From an uncultured Spirochaetota bacterium (GTDB lineage: Bacteria; Spirochaetota; Brevinematia; Brevinematales; JAOACQ01), in contig CAWAOD010000016.1 in the NCBI GenBank assembly GCA_963783575.1, positions 96,001-160,000 of the forward strand: a stretch of DNA of 64,000 nt. The letters are read 5' to 3'. Position numbers and translations under genes: made by a program. Positions 10,758-19,955 of the stretch are shown piece after piece (positions within the stretch are counted from its first letter, which is position 1; the number at the start of each line of letters is the position of its first letter). The notes under the pieces are model-generated. The model made no database searches. It saw only the letters and a list, made by a program, of their open reading frames with translations, and had not been told where the DNA came from.

Positions 10758-11375
10758 TTATTTTAACCAGAGTTCTTTTGCACCTGTAACAATGAACTGA
10801 AATGCGATCGATCCGACAACAAGCCCCATTAAACGTGTAAAGATATTGATGGTAGTCTTGTTTAAGATTTTTTCCAGGCGAATGGCGTTTAAAAAAACAA
10901 AATAGAGAATCACACAGTTGATGAAAACCGCAATAAACAGGGCGGTAATATGAGTCAAATCAGCCTGGTTCCTGTATATTAGAAGGGTTGTGATGGTACC
11001 TGGACCTAATGTTCCCGGTATTGCCAGGGGAGTGATTGAAATATCGGCTTTGCTTTTTGCTTCATCGGCCTCATTTTCATCATACCTGACGCCGCTGATT
11101 CTTGCCTGTACCATCTGGACCGAGAGAATCAGCAGAATCATTCCGCCCATAATTTTAAATGAAGGTACGTCAACGCCGAAAAACTGTAAAACCAGGCTTC
11201 CGGCCAGGATACATACTATGCTTCCGATCAGGACCCCCAGAGTACTTTTAAAAGCTATACGGGCCATTCTTTTTTCTTTAGACTGGGGCATCAGAGATAA
11301 TAATATGACAAGGGAAACGAAAGGATCAATGATGACAAATAATGAAGTTGTGTAATCGAAAATAATTTTTAACAT
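10758..11375 (-). CDS. MarC family membrane protein
   Basis: IIDP, PLAIPGTLGPGTIT, TRLMGL; six hydrophobic segments. Confidence 0.92.
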   Translation of the reverse strand: MLKIIFDYTTSLFVIIDPFVSLVILLSLMPQSKEKRMARIAFKSTLGVLIGSIVCILAGSLVLQFFGVDVPSFKIMGGMILLILSVQMVQARISGVRYDENEADEAKSKADISITPLAIPGTLGPGTITTLLIYRNQADLTHITALFIAVFINCVILYFVFLNAIRLEKILNKTTINIFTRLMGLVVGSIAFQFIVTGAKELWLK

Positions 11376-11499
11376 TTTCTGCTCCGGATTCTCATTATTT
11401 ATTCTTATTGTCGGCAAATTTTAAATAATTAAAAACCTCTTTCACTTTTGTTATAATGCAGAGTGAAGGAATAAAAAAATAAATTATAAAGCAGGAAAA

Positions 11500-12282
11500 A
11501 TGGAAAATTTAAGAAAATACGGTAATCCGCCTTATTCTATCGCCGTTATTCATGGCGGGCCCGGAGCCGCCGGTGAAATGGCTCCCGTCGCCATGGCATT
11601 ATCAAAAAAAATTGGCATTCTTGAACCTCTTCAGACAAAAGATTCTCTTGAAGGCCAGATTATCGAACTTGACGATACATTGAAAAATAACGGATTCCTT
11701 CCGTTTACATTAATCGGTTATTCCTGGGGCGCGATGCTCTCATTTATTTACTCGGCCAGGTTCCCTGCATCGGTAAAGAAGCTTATTATGGTGAGCAGCG
11801 GCGTTTTTGATGAAAAGTACGCCCCGGGCATAATGGAAACCCGTCTTAAAAGGCTTAAAATTGCCGAAAGAGAAGAAGCCCTGGAAATCATGAAAAAATT
11901 AAGCGGATCTTTAAAAGAAAAAAATAACAAGCTTCTCGCAAGACTGGGTTCCTTATTTTCCAAATCGGATTCTTATGATCCAATAATAAATGAAAGCAAC
12001 GATATTGCCGTAGATGAAAATATTTATAAAAATGTCTGGAAAGACGCTGTGGAACTCAGGAAAGGCAGAGGTCTTCTTGATCTTGGGAAATTTATAAAAT
12101 GCCCGGTAATTGCAATCCATGGAGATTATGATCCTCATCCTGCCGAAGGAATCCGTGACCCGCTTTCGGGAATATTGAAAGATTTTAATTTCATTACATT
12201 GAAAGACTGCGGACATACCCCATGGCATGAAAAGCAGGCGAAAACAAAATTTTTCAATATTTTAGATAAAGAATTATCCTGA
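11500..12282 (+). CDS. alpha/beta hydrolase
   Basis: HGGPG, GYSWG nucleophile elbow, HGDYD, CGH. Confidence 0.9.
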   Translation: MENLRKYGNPPYSIAVIHGGPGAAGEMAPVAMALSKKIGILEPLQTKDSLEGQIIELDDTLKNNGFLPFTLIGYSWGAMLSFIYSARFPASVKKLIMVSSGVFDEKYAPGIMETRLKRLKIAEREEALEIMKKLSGSLKEKNNKLLARLGSLFSKSDSYDPIINESNDIAVDENIYKNVWKDAVELRKGRGLLDLGKFIKCPVIAIHGDYDPHPAEGIRDPLSGILKDFNFITLKDCGHTPWHEKQAKTKFFNILDKELS

Positions 12283-12400
12283 CACAGGGATTCGCCCGAG
12301 GGCGGGTTGCTATCGGAAGAACGCTGCGTCGAAACACACTCACGCCGATGCGGCCTTTATTCCACATCCTTGTCTCAATGTCGGCCGCCGGCCGCATCCG

Positions 12401-14252
12401 TGATTTTGCTGAAAAATGTAGAGGGCAATCATCGCTATTTATATAGATACGTGTTATAATATTAATAATAATTTACAAATGAGGACTTATATGTCTTTAC
12501 CAAAAGAAAAAGAAGAAAGTCTCTATTCGGCACATATAGTGATGAAAGATTTCCTGAAGCCTTCCGATCCAATGCAAGTGTTCAGTAAAGAGCTTTTCCC
12601 AATATTTAATAACGAGCCTTTTAAAGATTGTTATTCAGACGTTGGAAGAAATTGCAGATCACCTTCATTCCTTGCTATGGTAACATTACTTCAATGGAAA
12701 GAATCACTGTCCGACGATGAAACGGTAAAAGCCGTTAACACAAGACTTGACTGGAAAATTGGCCTGCATCTTGAAGTTGCCGCTAAGGATATCTTTGAAG
12801 CCAGCACACTTTGCGTATTCAGGAAAAGACTTATAGAAAACGATAAAATGTGCATCATATTTGACACTCTATTAAATCAAATCAAGAAAAAGGGTTTCAT
12901 TAGAGACCATGCCAAGCAAAGGATTGATGCGACTCATGTTGTAAAGCATTTAAACAGAATATCCACTACTGATCTTCTGTTTCGGGCAGTAAAATGGGTT
13001 GTTATAGAGATAGGAAAAATTGACCCTGAATATTATAACAAGATGATTCCGGATGATATACAGGAACGTTACAGTAAAGATTTCAGTTCCTTCGGATTAT
13101 CAAAAGAAAAACGGGGAGACAGGCAGGCAGAGATTGTTGAAGACGGTTTCAGGATTAAGAGGGGCATTATGGATAATCCGGCAGAAAGCCTTAAAGAATT
13201 GAGGCAATTAGAGATTATGGAAACTATTTTTTCTGAGAATGTGATCATCCGGACAAAGGAAGTGGGGAATAAAGAATTCATTGAAGTGGAAGAAATAGTA
13301 ACCCCGAAGCAAACGATTTTCACGCCTGACGATCCGACATTGAAACTGGGCAAAAAGGGTAAAACAAGTTGGGTAGGAGAAAAGTGCCATGTTGTTGAAA
13401 CCGCGGAGAAAGGGGAAATCAATTTTATAGTCGGTATGATACAACAGCCTGCGAATGAGAATGATAATAAAATTCTTCCTAAGCTCAAAGAGATGAATGA
13501 TGAAAGGGGCTTGAAGCCTGATAAGACATATGCAGATACAAATTATTTAAGCGGAACGGCAATAAGGGAATTCGAAGAACGTGGAGAAAATCTGATGGGT
13601 TATGTACAGAAAGACACTTCATTAAAGCCAAAGAATTTTAAATTAGAAAATTTCAAGATTGATATGAAAAACCTGACAGCTACCTGTCCGAAGGGCGTTA
13701 GAAGTGAAAGACATAAAAAAAATGGTGATAATGCTTATTGTATAATATTTCCAAAGAATGAATGTATGGCCTGCGCCTTCTTCAAAGATTGTGTAGCCGG
13801 AAGGGAAAAGATGCGCATAATAAGAGTCGGGATGGATTACGATCATTTGAGAAAACGGAGGGAAGAACAAAAAACCGCTAAATTTAAAAGCGAAATGAGT
13901 GTAAGGGCGCAGGTAGAAGGCACAATCAGCGAATCGGTAAGATTTCATGGACTCAGGAAAATAAAATATAAAGGAACAGAAGGCAGACAATTCCAGTATT
14001 TAATGACAGGGGCAGCGGTGAACTTCAAAAGATATATTAAGAAAATATTGTCATTACAACAAAAGTTGCCAATATCTGAAGGAATATTGGCTTAATAGAG
14101 TAACATAGAGGGTATAATGCTCAAAGAATCCGGGGAAAAAGAGGTAAATAATGACGTAAGGCAAAATTGATCTGTGTCTTAGGTAAAAATTAAAAAATAT
14201 TTAAAATTTGGAAAAGACGGTTGTTTTTTTACATTATTTTTCAGCAAAATCA
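12401..14252 (+). mobile_element. IS1182-family insertion sequence
   Basis: 17-bp terminal inverted repeats TGATTTTGCTGAAAAAT; 4-bp target duplication TCCG (12397-12400, 14253-14256). Confidence 0.9.
12479..14095 (+). CDS. IS1182-family DDE transposase
   Basis: N-terminal DUF772-like region, RIDATH, YADTNY, CPKG...C..C Zn motif, RAQVEGTISE. Confidence 0.9.
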   Translation: MRTYMSLPKEKEESLYSAHIVMKDFLKPSDPMQVFSKELFPIFNNEPFKDCYSDVGRNCRSPSFLAMVTLLQWKESLSDDETVKAVNTRLDWKIGLHLEVAAKDIFEASTLCVFRKRLIENDKMCIIFDTLLNQIKKKGFIRDHAKQRIDATHVVKHLNRISTTDLLFRAVKWVVIEIGKIDPEYYNKMIPDDIQERYSKDFSSFGLSKEKRGDRQAEIVEDGFRIKRGIMDNPAESLKELRQLEIMETIFSENVIIRTKEVGNKEFIEVEEIVTPKQTIFTPDDPTLKLGKKGKTSWVGEKCHVVETAEKGEINFIVGMIQQPANENDNKILPKLKEMNDERGLKPDKTYADTNYLSGTAIREFEERGENLMGYVQKDTSLKPKNFKLENFKIDMKNLTATCPKGVRSERHKKNGDNAYCIIFPKNECMACAFFKDCVAGREKMRIIRVGMDYDHLRKRREEQKTAKFKSEMSVRAQVEGTISESVRFHGLRKIKYKGTEGRQFQYLMTGAAVNFKRYIKKILSLQQKLPISEGILA

Positions 14253-14692
14253 TCCGTGCGGCCTATCTCTGTGAGTGTGTTTCGCCTCCGCTTTACTTTC
14301 CGAAAGCCTTTTAAAAAAGAACAGCCGGGATTTAAAAAAAACGATTCTTTTATTATTATCAATAATCTGAAATTACCGGTTCTTTTCGATTATTGGACGG
14401 CTGTTGGGTGGAGATTTTGCTAAAAACTCATTTGTAAACTAAATTCTGGTGCAGGTTTATTTGATTCTCTTAGCTATTCCTTTCATTTTTTTGTTAATTC
14501 AATAACATTCTTCATTTTTTCATCCTCAGTCAGGTTTTCGAAAGGCAAAATTATCTAAGATAATTTGAACCGGTTTTAATAAATCAATGTCTTTAATTTC
14601 TTCTTTTCCGGATAGTTTGGCAATAATGTTGAGATTATCCTGCAGTTTCTTTATTTTATAAAGATATTCCGACTTAAGGATTTTGTATTCAT

Positions 14693-14965
14693 TTAAATTT
14701 CTTCATATATTTTATTTACCAGAACTTCATCTCCGGATTTCTTAATTTGACTTCCGATAATCCCGTCATAAATCCAGTTGCATAAAATTTCAACCTCTGA
14801 AATATTGAGTTCTAAAAAGTTTGTTGAATTATTAATTTTTTCAAACAATATCTGAAGTTCCGGTAAAATAAAATCATCAGAATCAAAATGATCGGATTTT
14901 AATTTTTTATTAACAAGCTCAATTAACCGGAACTTCTCCATTTGTGAAATATTCAGCTTAACCAT
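14693..14965 (-). CDS. small hypothetical protein
   Basis: 90-aa ORF with GAGAG RBS; no motif recognised. Confidence 0.55.
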   Translation of the reverse strand: MVKLNISQMEKFRLIELVNKKLKSDHFDSDDFILPELQILFEKINNSTNFLELNISEVEILCNWIYDGIIGSQIKKSGDEVLVNKIYEEI

Positions 14966-14991
14966 AAAATACTCTCTTTAATTATAGTGTT

Positions 14992-15108
14992 AAAAAAACG
15001 GGCGAACCCGAGGAGCGCAGGAAAAACTTTTTCTTCTTCTCCGTTACGCCCTGAAAAGTTTTTTCGAGCACCGGAGCGATATAGCCGCTTATAGGTGAAG
15101 TTGGCCAG
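14992..15108 (-). repeat. truncated attC-like site 1 (half site, core GTT degraded)
   Basis: Near-identical to 22732-22825; CCGCT-TAT-AGGTGAAG where CCGCT-GTT is expected; other half missing. Confidence 0.75.
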
Positions 15109-15118
15109 TCATTAATAA

Positions 15119-15391
15119 TCAGCTTATACTGATATGTAAATTCTTTCCTATTGCTTTTGCAAACTTCTCTAAAGTTGAAATCTTAATATCCTGAGCGTGA
15201 TTCTCAATTCTTGATATGACACTTTTTGTTGTTTTAAGTTTTGAAGCAATTTGTTCCTGGGTTAATCCGGAATTCATCCTTGCTTCTTTCAATAAATAGC
15301 CTATTTTAAACTCATCATATCCTTCCCAAAGTAATTTCTCGGCTTCAGGATTATTTTTATATCTTTCTTTGATATAGTCATTAAATTTCAT
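15119..15391 (-). CDS. XRE/HigA-type HTH antitoxin
   Basis: LKEARMNSGLTQEQIASKLKTTKSVISRIEN HTH; directly downstream of a RelE-like toxin. Confidence 0.9.
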   Translation of the reverse strand: MKFNDYIKERYKNNPEAEKLLWEGYDEFKIGYLLKEARMNSGLTQEQIASKLKTTKSVISRIENHAQDIKISTLEKFAKAIGKNLHISIS

Positions 15392-15727
15392 TTATTTTCT
15401 CCTCAAATAATCTTTCTTTAATGCTTCTGCTAATTCAATTTCTTTTTTTGGTGTTTTTTGAGTTTTCTTTTGAAAACCATTTGTAAGTAATATAATATTA
15501 TTTTTATACAAAAAGCTTAATATTCGATCCTGAATCAATAATTATTTCCCAAATATCATCAGTATCAGGAAGTTTTTTAAAGTAGTTTGATGGAATGATA
15601 GATAATTCGCCTATGAGTCTTAAAACCCAGGAAACCTTTTAAAATCACGCTCCTTTAAACCATCTAAAAATGTTTGAACAGGAATTTTCCCATTTTCGGA
15701 TTCATAAAATTCAATTTCTCTTTTCAT
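15392..15727 (-). pseudogene. RelE/HigB-like (phage Gp49/DUF891-type) toxin with two frameshifts
   Basis: Reads MKREIEFYESENGKIPVQTFLDGL / KVSWVLRLIGEL...DDIWEI / RILSFLYKNNIILLTNGFQKKTQKTPKKEIELA with frame changes near 15638 and 15520. Confidence 0.85.
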
Positions 15728-15734
15728 GATTTAC

Positions 15735-15763
15735 ATGTTAGCAAATATGCTTACCTCTGTCAA
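15735..15763 (-). promoter_or_regulatory. sigma70 promoter of the TA cassette with overlapping palindromic operator
   Basis: TTGACA-17 bp-TAACAT with TG extension; imperfect IR GTTAGCA-N4-TGCTTAC; ATG only 7 nt downstream (probably leaderless). Confidence 0.75.
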
Positions 15764-15798
15764 ATTATTGATAGCATTTATTTAGCCTGGCCAATTAC

Positions 15799-16139
15799 GT
15801 AGAACTCTGCGGCTATGCGAAGCCCGCAAGCCTTAGCGCCAGCCCTGCGCACTTAGGCTTGCAACTGTGGTGAGTCCGTAAACAATGACCTTTATTTTAT
15901 TTATCATCATAGTCAATTTGTACTCCTTTCTCTTTTTACAAAATCAAAAACGGGCGAACCCGAGGAGCGCCTGGAGCTGCTGCAGTGAGGACGCACCGCA
16001 GCAAGCCGAGGAGCGGAACGCCTATGCGTGGAGTCTATCGAAAAAGCACGTTTCTAAAAATTTTCTTTTTGGGAAATATGGAGTTAAAACGAATAAATTG
16101 ATAAAAATCAGGGTTTTGCGACAGGCTCCATGGTTGTAT
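15799..16139 (-). repeat. long attC-like site 2 (about 240 bp without the MITE)
   Basis: AAC at 15803-15805 and GTT at 16133-16135; first ~170 bp closely similar to 22582-22755. Confidence 0.8.
16031..16128. mobile_element. 98-bp MITE-like element with ends resembling the IS at 19956
   Basis: Ends GAGTCTATCGAAAAA / GAGCCTGTCGCAAAA (rev. comp.); flanked by CGTG/CATG, directly before the attC GTT. Confidence 0.7.
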
Positions 16140-16161
16140 GAAGATGCCGCAAAATTTTGTT

Positions 16162-16881
16162 TTACTCTTTTTTTATAAATTCAATTAAATCGCCAATAAC
16201 AAAAGTATGCTTACCTTTACTAGCTATTTTTGAAATTGTTTCTAACCACTGTAAATATTTAATGTTGTCATCTTTCAACATAATTTCAGAAGCATTTTTT
16301 AAAGAACGTGCAGCAGCAACTTGTGTTCTTGCATTTTCTAAATCAGATTTAGCTCTAATAATTGATTCTAAATATTTTGAAAAAACATCTTGGATATCTT
16401 TTGGAAAATTTATGTCTTTTATAGCTACTCTCTCAATTTTCACACCATATTTATCCATAGATTTTTGAATAGATTCAATAACATTAATAAATAATTCATC
16501 TTTTTTATCATTTAATTCTAAACTTTTCACTTTAGCAATGAATTTTCTAATTTCAATTTGTGAAATATTATGTATAAATTGTTCAAGTTCAGCAATAATT
16601 TCATTATTAGTTTTGCTTAAATCAAGGTTTTTAATTGCTATTTCCGAATTTATCATTATATATGTTATTATATATGAAAATCTTAAAGAAATATTATCAT
16701 TAGTTATAACCTCTTGATTTGTAACTAGCAATAATTTCTCTGTTAATGGAAAGGAAATTAATTTATATTTTTTTGAATTTCCAAAAATAATGTAATATCC
16801 TGATGGTAATTTCTTTAAATATTTATTCTTAAAGAATAAATGTCCTTCATTATTTGGTTCAACATTAAATTTTATAAACAT
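16162..16881 (-). CDS. SPFH/band-7 (slipin-type) protein, gene cassette
   Basis: QEVITNDNISLR, YGVKIERVAIKDINFP, LENARTQVAAARSLKNA; ATG after GGAGGA. Confidence 0.88.
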   Translation of the reverse strand: MFIKFNVEPNNEGHLFFKNKYLKKLPSGYYIIFGNSKKYKLISFPLTEKLLLVTNQEVITNDNISLRFSYIITYIMINSEIAIKNLDLSKTNNEIIAELEQFIHNISQIEIRKFIAKVKSLELNDKKDELFINVIESIQKSMDKYGVKIERVAIKDINFPKDIQDVFSKYLESIIRAKSDLENARTQVAAARSLKNASEIMLKDDNIKYLQWLETISKIASKGKHTFVIGDLIEFIKKE

Positions 16882-16904
16882 AAAATCCTCCTTCAATTTT
16901 AAAA

Positions 16905-17120
16905 GGTAATGGCACTGCAAATTACGGAGTATAAATTAATTTGAGAAATTTCTCAAAGGTATCTTTTATACCACAAAGTAATATGCAGCTATGTCATAGA
17001 CATTGCCATTACCAGTGCCATAACGGTGGCGCCGTTCCACCAATTCGGAGGGGAATCGAACCCCTAATCTACACCCGCAATACCCTGTATGTGTAGATCA
17101 AATTTATACAGGTGGCGGTT
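16905..17120 (-). ncRNA. structured leader or ncRNA candidate: pseudoknot, tRNA-like T-arm, long-range stem
   Basis: AGGGG-TTCGATT-CCCCT at 17049-17065; interleaved stems 17106-17112/17084-17090 and 17091-17098/17067-17074; 10-bp pairing 17004-17013/16905-16914. Confidence 0.65.
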
Positions 17121-17180
17121 AAAAGCCATTTTGTAAAAATTCGTACAACTGTGCGGCTATACGAAGTTGCCCGAAGCCTA

Positions 17181-18871
17181 CAGACTGTGTGAAAACTCAG
17201 TAAAATTTTATAGTAAAATCGATTAATTATACAAAAACTCCATTTTTTGATATATTTTTCAAGCTAAAAAAATCTTAGTTTCAAAAATCTATCCGAATAC
17301 GATAAACGATGGTTTATTAGCATCAAACCAGAGTCATAAGTCTCTTTATTCCCAATATATTCAATACTTTTATTAAATTATGAATGAATCCTGCCAAACT
17401 GGATTCCGTCAGAACGCCATCCTTTCCCTTCATTAAAAAATAACTGTAACCCATATTCCTTTTTATCGATCCAAATGGATGTTCACATATCTCTTTCCTT
17501 TTCTCTATGATCTTTTTCCCGGCTTCAGAACGAATTTTCCTCTTGAAGTTCTCAATTTCTTCTTTTCTAACTGGTACTTTGATACTTCGTCCTTCCACGC
17601 TTTCAGTACACTTATTTCTTACTTCACATTGGCTGCATAAGCCGCACTTGTACCTGACTATCTCTTTTCCTCCATTGACCTTCTCTACTTTTTTCCCATT
17701 TCTCACTAATGGGTTTCCCTCCGGACAATAATAAACATTTTGTCCCGGATCATATTTGAATTTATCAACCTGGTATTCTTCAGCAGGTACTCCTTTATTA
17801 TCTTCTTTGCCTCGAATCCTTGCCTTATGTCCGTCATCCGGATTCGGCATATATACGTTATGTCCCTTATCTATACATTCCAGTATCTGCGGTTCGCTGT
17901 AATAACCGGCATCCGATACTTTGACCGTTTCAGTCTCTACCTTAAGCTCGTCCTTTATTTCTTCTACTCGGTCACACATTCCTGCCATCTGTTTGATATC
18001 ATTGTTTTCATTCGTCACATCAATCACCACAATCAGTTTATTCGCATCATCTACTGCCATCTGCAGATTATATGCAATGTCGGATTTCCCTTTATCATTC
18101 ATAAACCGGCTTTCCGGGTCATTTGAATAATATTTCTCCATTTCAGGATTTCCCTCAAAAATCTTTTTAATAGCCTCAACTTTATCCTTTTTTGTTTTCA
18201 TTTTCTTTAAACGTTCCGCTATCTTTCCGGAAAGAAATTCAAATTCATTCTTTTCTTCCTTATCGTTCTTATCCATCTCATTCAAATATTCTTCGATCTT
18301 TTGATCTATTCTATGTATGATTTCTTCTATGTTTTTCCTATGATAAACATTGTTATTGTGGTTTTGCGCACTGATCTTGGTTCCATCAATTCCAACAACG
18401 TCAAATGATAAAAGCCCGGCTTTATGACATATCTTCAAAAATTCTCTGAATATCGACTGTATTCCCTTCTTATTATCTTTCCTGAAGTCGGCAATCGTCT
18501 TGAAATCCGGCGCTAGTCGTCCAGTCAGCCACATCAACTCTGTGTTTCTTCGGCACTCTCTCTCTAATTTCCTGCTTGTCCTGATTTTATTCAAATATCC
18601 GTAAATATAGATTTTTAAAAGTATTTCGGATTTATATGAACTTCTGCCGGTTGATGCTTCTTTTACTTTAAAACCAACTCCTTTCATATTTAGCTTATCA
18701 ACAAAAATATCTATAAACCTTACCGGATCTTCTTCTCCTAACAGATCTTCCAGTGTTTCATTGAACAGAACTATCTGATCCCTTGATTCTCCCTCAATAT
18801 GCTTCATCTTTTACTCCGATTATTTTTGTTCTAATAATTATAGCATATTTACTGTGTTTTCACACAGTCTG
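17181..18871 (-). mobile_element. IS1182-family insertion sequence
   Basis: IRs CAGACTGTGTGAAAAC(T/A)CAGTAAA; 3-bp target duplication CTA. Confidence 0.92.
17323..18807 (-). CDS. IS1182-family transposase
   Basis: LLKIYIYGYLNKIRTSRKLE, PDFKTIADFRK, IDGTKI, DAGYYS, CEHPFGSIK. Confidence 0.95.
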   Translation of the reverse strand: MKHIEGESRDQIVLFNETLEDLLGEEDPVRFIDIFVDKLNMKGVGFKVKEASTGRSSYKSEILLKIYIYGYLNKIRTSRKLERECRRNTELMWLTGRLAPDFKTIADFRKDNKKGIQSIFREFLKICHKAGLLSFDVVGIDGTKISAQNHNNNVYHRKNIEEIIHRIDQKIEEYLNEMDKNDKEEKNEFEFLSGKIAERLKKMKTKKDKVEAIKKIFEGNPEMEKYYSNDPESRFMNDKGKSDIAYNLQMAVDDANKLIVVIDVTNENNDIKQMAGMCDRVEEIKDELKVETETVKVSDAGYYSEPQILECIDKGHNVYMPNPDDGHKARIRGKEDNKGVPAEEYQVDKFKYDPGQNVYYCPEGNPLVRNGKKVEKVNGGKEIVRYKCGLCSQCEVRNKCTESVEGRSIKVPVRKEEIENFKRKIRSEAGKKIIEKRKEICEHPFGSIKRNMGYSYFLMKGKDGVLTESSLAGFIHNLIKVLNILGIKRLMTLV

Positions 18872-18960
18872 CTAGCGCAGGGCAATTTGGGAGAGGGCGG
18901 TACTCCGCCGGAACCCGCTACCGGCCGTTGTGTGAAGTGCTTGGGGCGTATTTTCATTCA

Positions 18961-19908
18961 TTAACATATTTTAATTGCTACTCCTCCTTTTTTATTCCCT
19001 TCCTCAACATATTTATGCGCTTCTACAATTCTTTCAAGAGGATATATTTTATCGATTATAGGTTTAATTTTTCCTTCTTCAATCAATTTTGTTAAAAAAT
19101 CCAACCGCTTTGAATTTAATTTTAAAGCACCATCATCAATTGATACATATTTCCCACTTTCTGCTAAAGCATTTTTACATTCTTCTTTAAGCTTTGATGT
19201 TCTATATTTTCCAACAGAGTCCAAAATGAAATTAAATGTTGTATTTGCTTCTAATGTATCGTTAGTTGTGTAATCAATTGCATAGTCTGCTCCGAGTGAT
19301 TTGATAAAATCAATGTTTTTTCCGCTACAAACACCTGTTACCTTAGCCCCTAAATATTTGCCATATTGTATTGCAATGGTACCGGATGTACCCGAAGCTC
19401 CATAAATTAATATATTTTGGTTTTTTTGGATATTACCCATATCCATATATTGAAGAGCTAAAGAACCCCCATAAACTGCAGATGTAGCTTCTTCAAAAGA
19501 AATGTTTTTTGGTTTAATAGATACACATCCGGTAGTGGAATCTGTTTCTTTAATACAAGTGTATTCGGCATAAGCACCTAGATTAAATCCAGTCATGCCA
19601 TAGACCTCATCTCCTGGTGAAAATCTTTTTATTTTGCTGCCAATTTCTTTTACAACTCCCGAAAAAACAAGACCAATAATAGATTTTCTGGGCTTGAAAA
19701 CACCCATCATTAATCTAAAAGGGATAATTATATGAAATGGTAACTTTGAGCCTCGTATAAAAATATCACTATTTGTTACTGCAGATGCTTTAATATTAAT
19801 TAGTAGTTCATTATCTTTTGGTGCTGGTATTTTTACTTCTGATAGTTGAAGCACCTCTGGTGGTCCATATTTACTGCGAATAATTGCTTTCATTTTATTT
19901 TTATTCAT
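18961..19908 (-). CDS. NAD(P)-dependent zinc-type alcohol dehydrogenase/quinone oxidoreductase family protein, gene cassette
   Basis: YGPPEVL, GAYAEY, IYGASGTSG, PIIDKIYPLERIVEAHKYVE. Confidence 0.9.
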   Translation of the reverse strand: MNKNKMKAIIRSKYGPPEVLQLSEVKIPAPKDNELLINIKASAVTNSDIFIRGSKLPFHIIIPFRLMMGVFKPRKSIIGLVFSGVVKEIGSKIKRFSPGDEVYGMTGFNLGAYAEYTCIKETDSTTGCVSIKPKNISFEEATSAVYGGSLALQYMDMGNIQKNQNILIYGASGTSGTIAIQYGKYLGAKVTGVCSGKNIDFIKSLGADYAIDYTTNDTLEANTTFNFILDSVGKYRTSKLKEECKNALAESGKYVSIDDGALKLNSKRLDFLTKLIEEGKIKPIIDKIYPLERIVEAHKYVEEGNKKGGVAIKIC

Positions 19909-19955
19909 AAAAAGACTCCTTTCTATATCTTTATTTTAGCCGTGTACGCGCTGTT

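Larger units (their letters stand above)
12330..14285. repeat. palindromic REP-like element split by the IS at 12401-14252
   Basis: Removing the IS restores GGCCGCA-TCCG-TGCGGCC nested within CGAAACACACTCAC...GTGAGTGTGTTTCG. Confidence 0.7.
17143..18933 (-). repeat. attC-like site 3 (about 97 bp) interrupted by IS1182
   Basis: GTACAAC-TGTGCGGCTATACG...[IS]...CCGGCC-GTTGTGT; shares the GCGGCTAT arm with the other sites. Confidence 0.75.

Noticed and set aside
14208..14423. 71-aa ORF
   Set aside because: Spans the IS right end and the split palindrome; TTG start without a clear RBS.
14440..14692. Possible broken minus-strand gene after 14693-14965
   Set aside because: Protein-like fragments in shifting frames but no recognisable family; too weak to call.
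15885..16178. 97-aa plus-strand ORF
   Set aside because: Lies wholly over attC-like site 2 and a MITE; probably spurious.
17020..17120. Canonical tRNA gene
   Set aside because: Only the T-arm is canonical; I could not build acceptor, D and anticodon arms.
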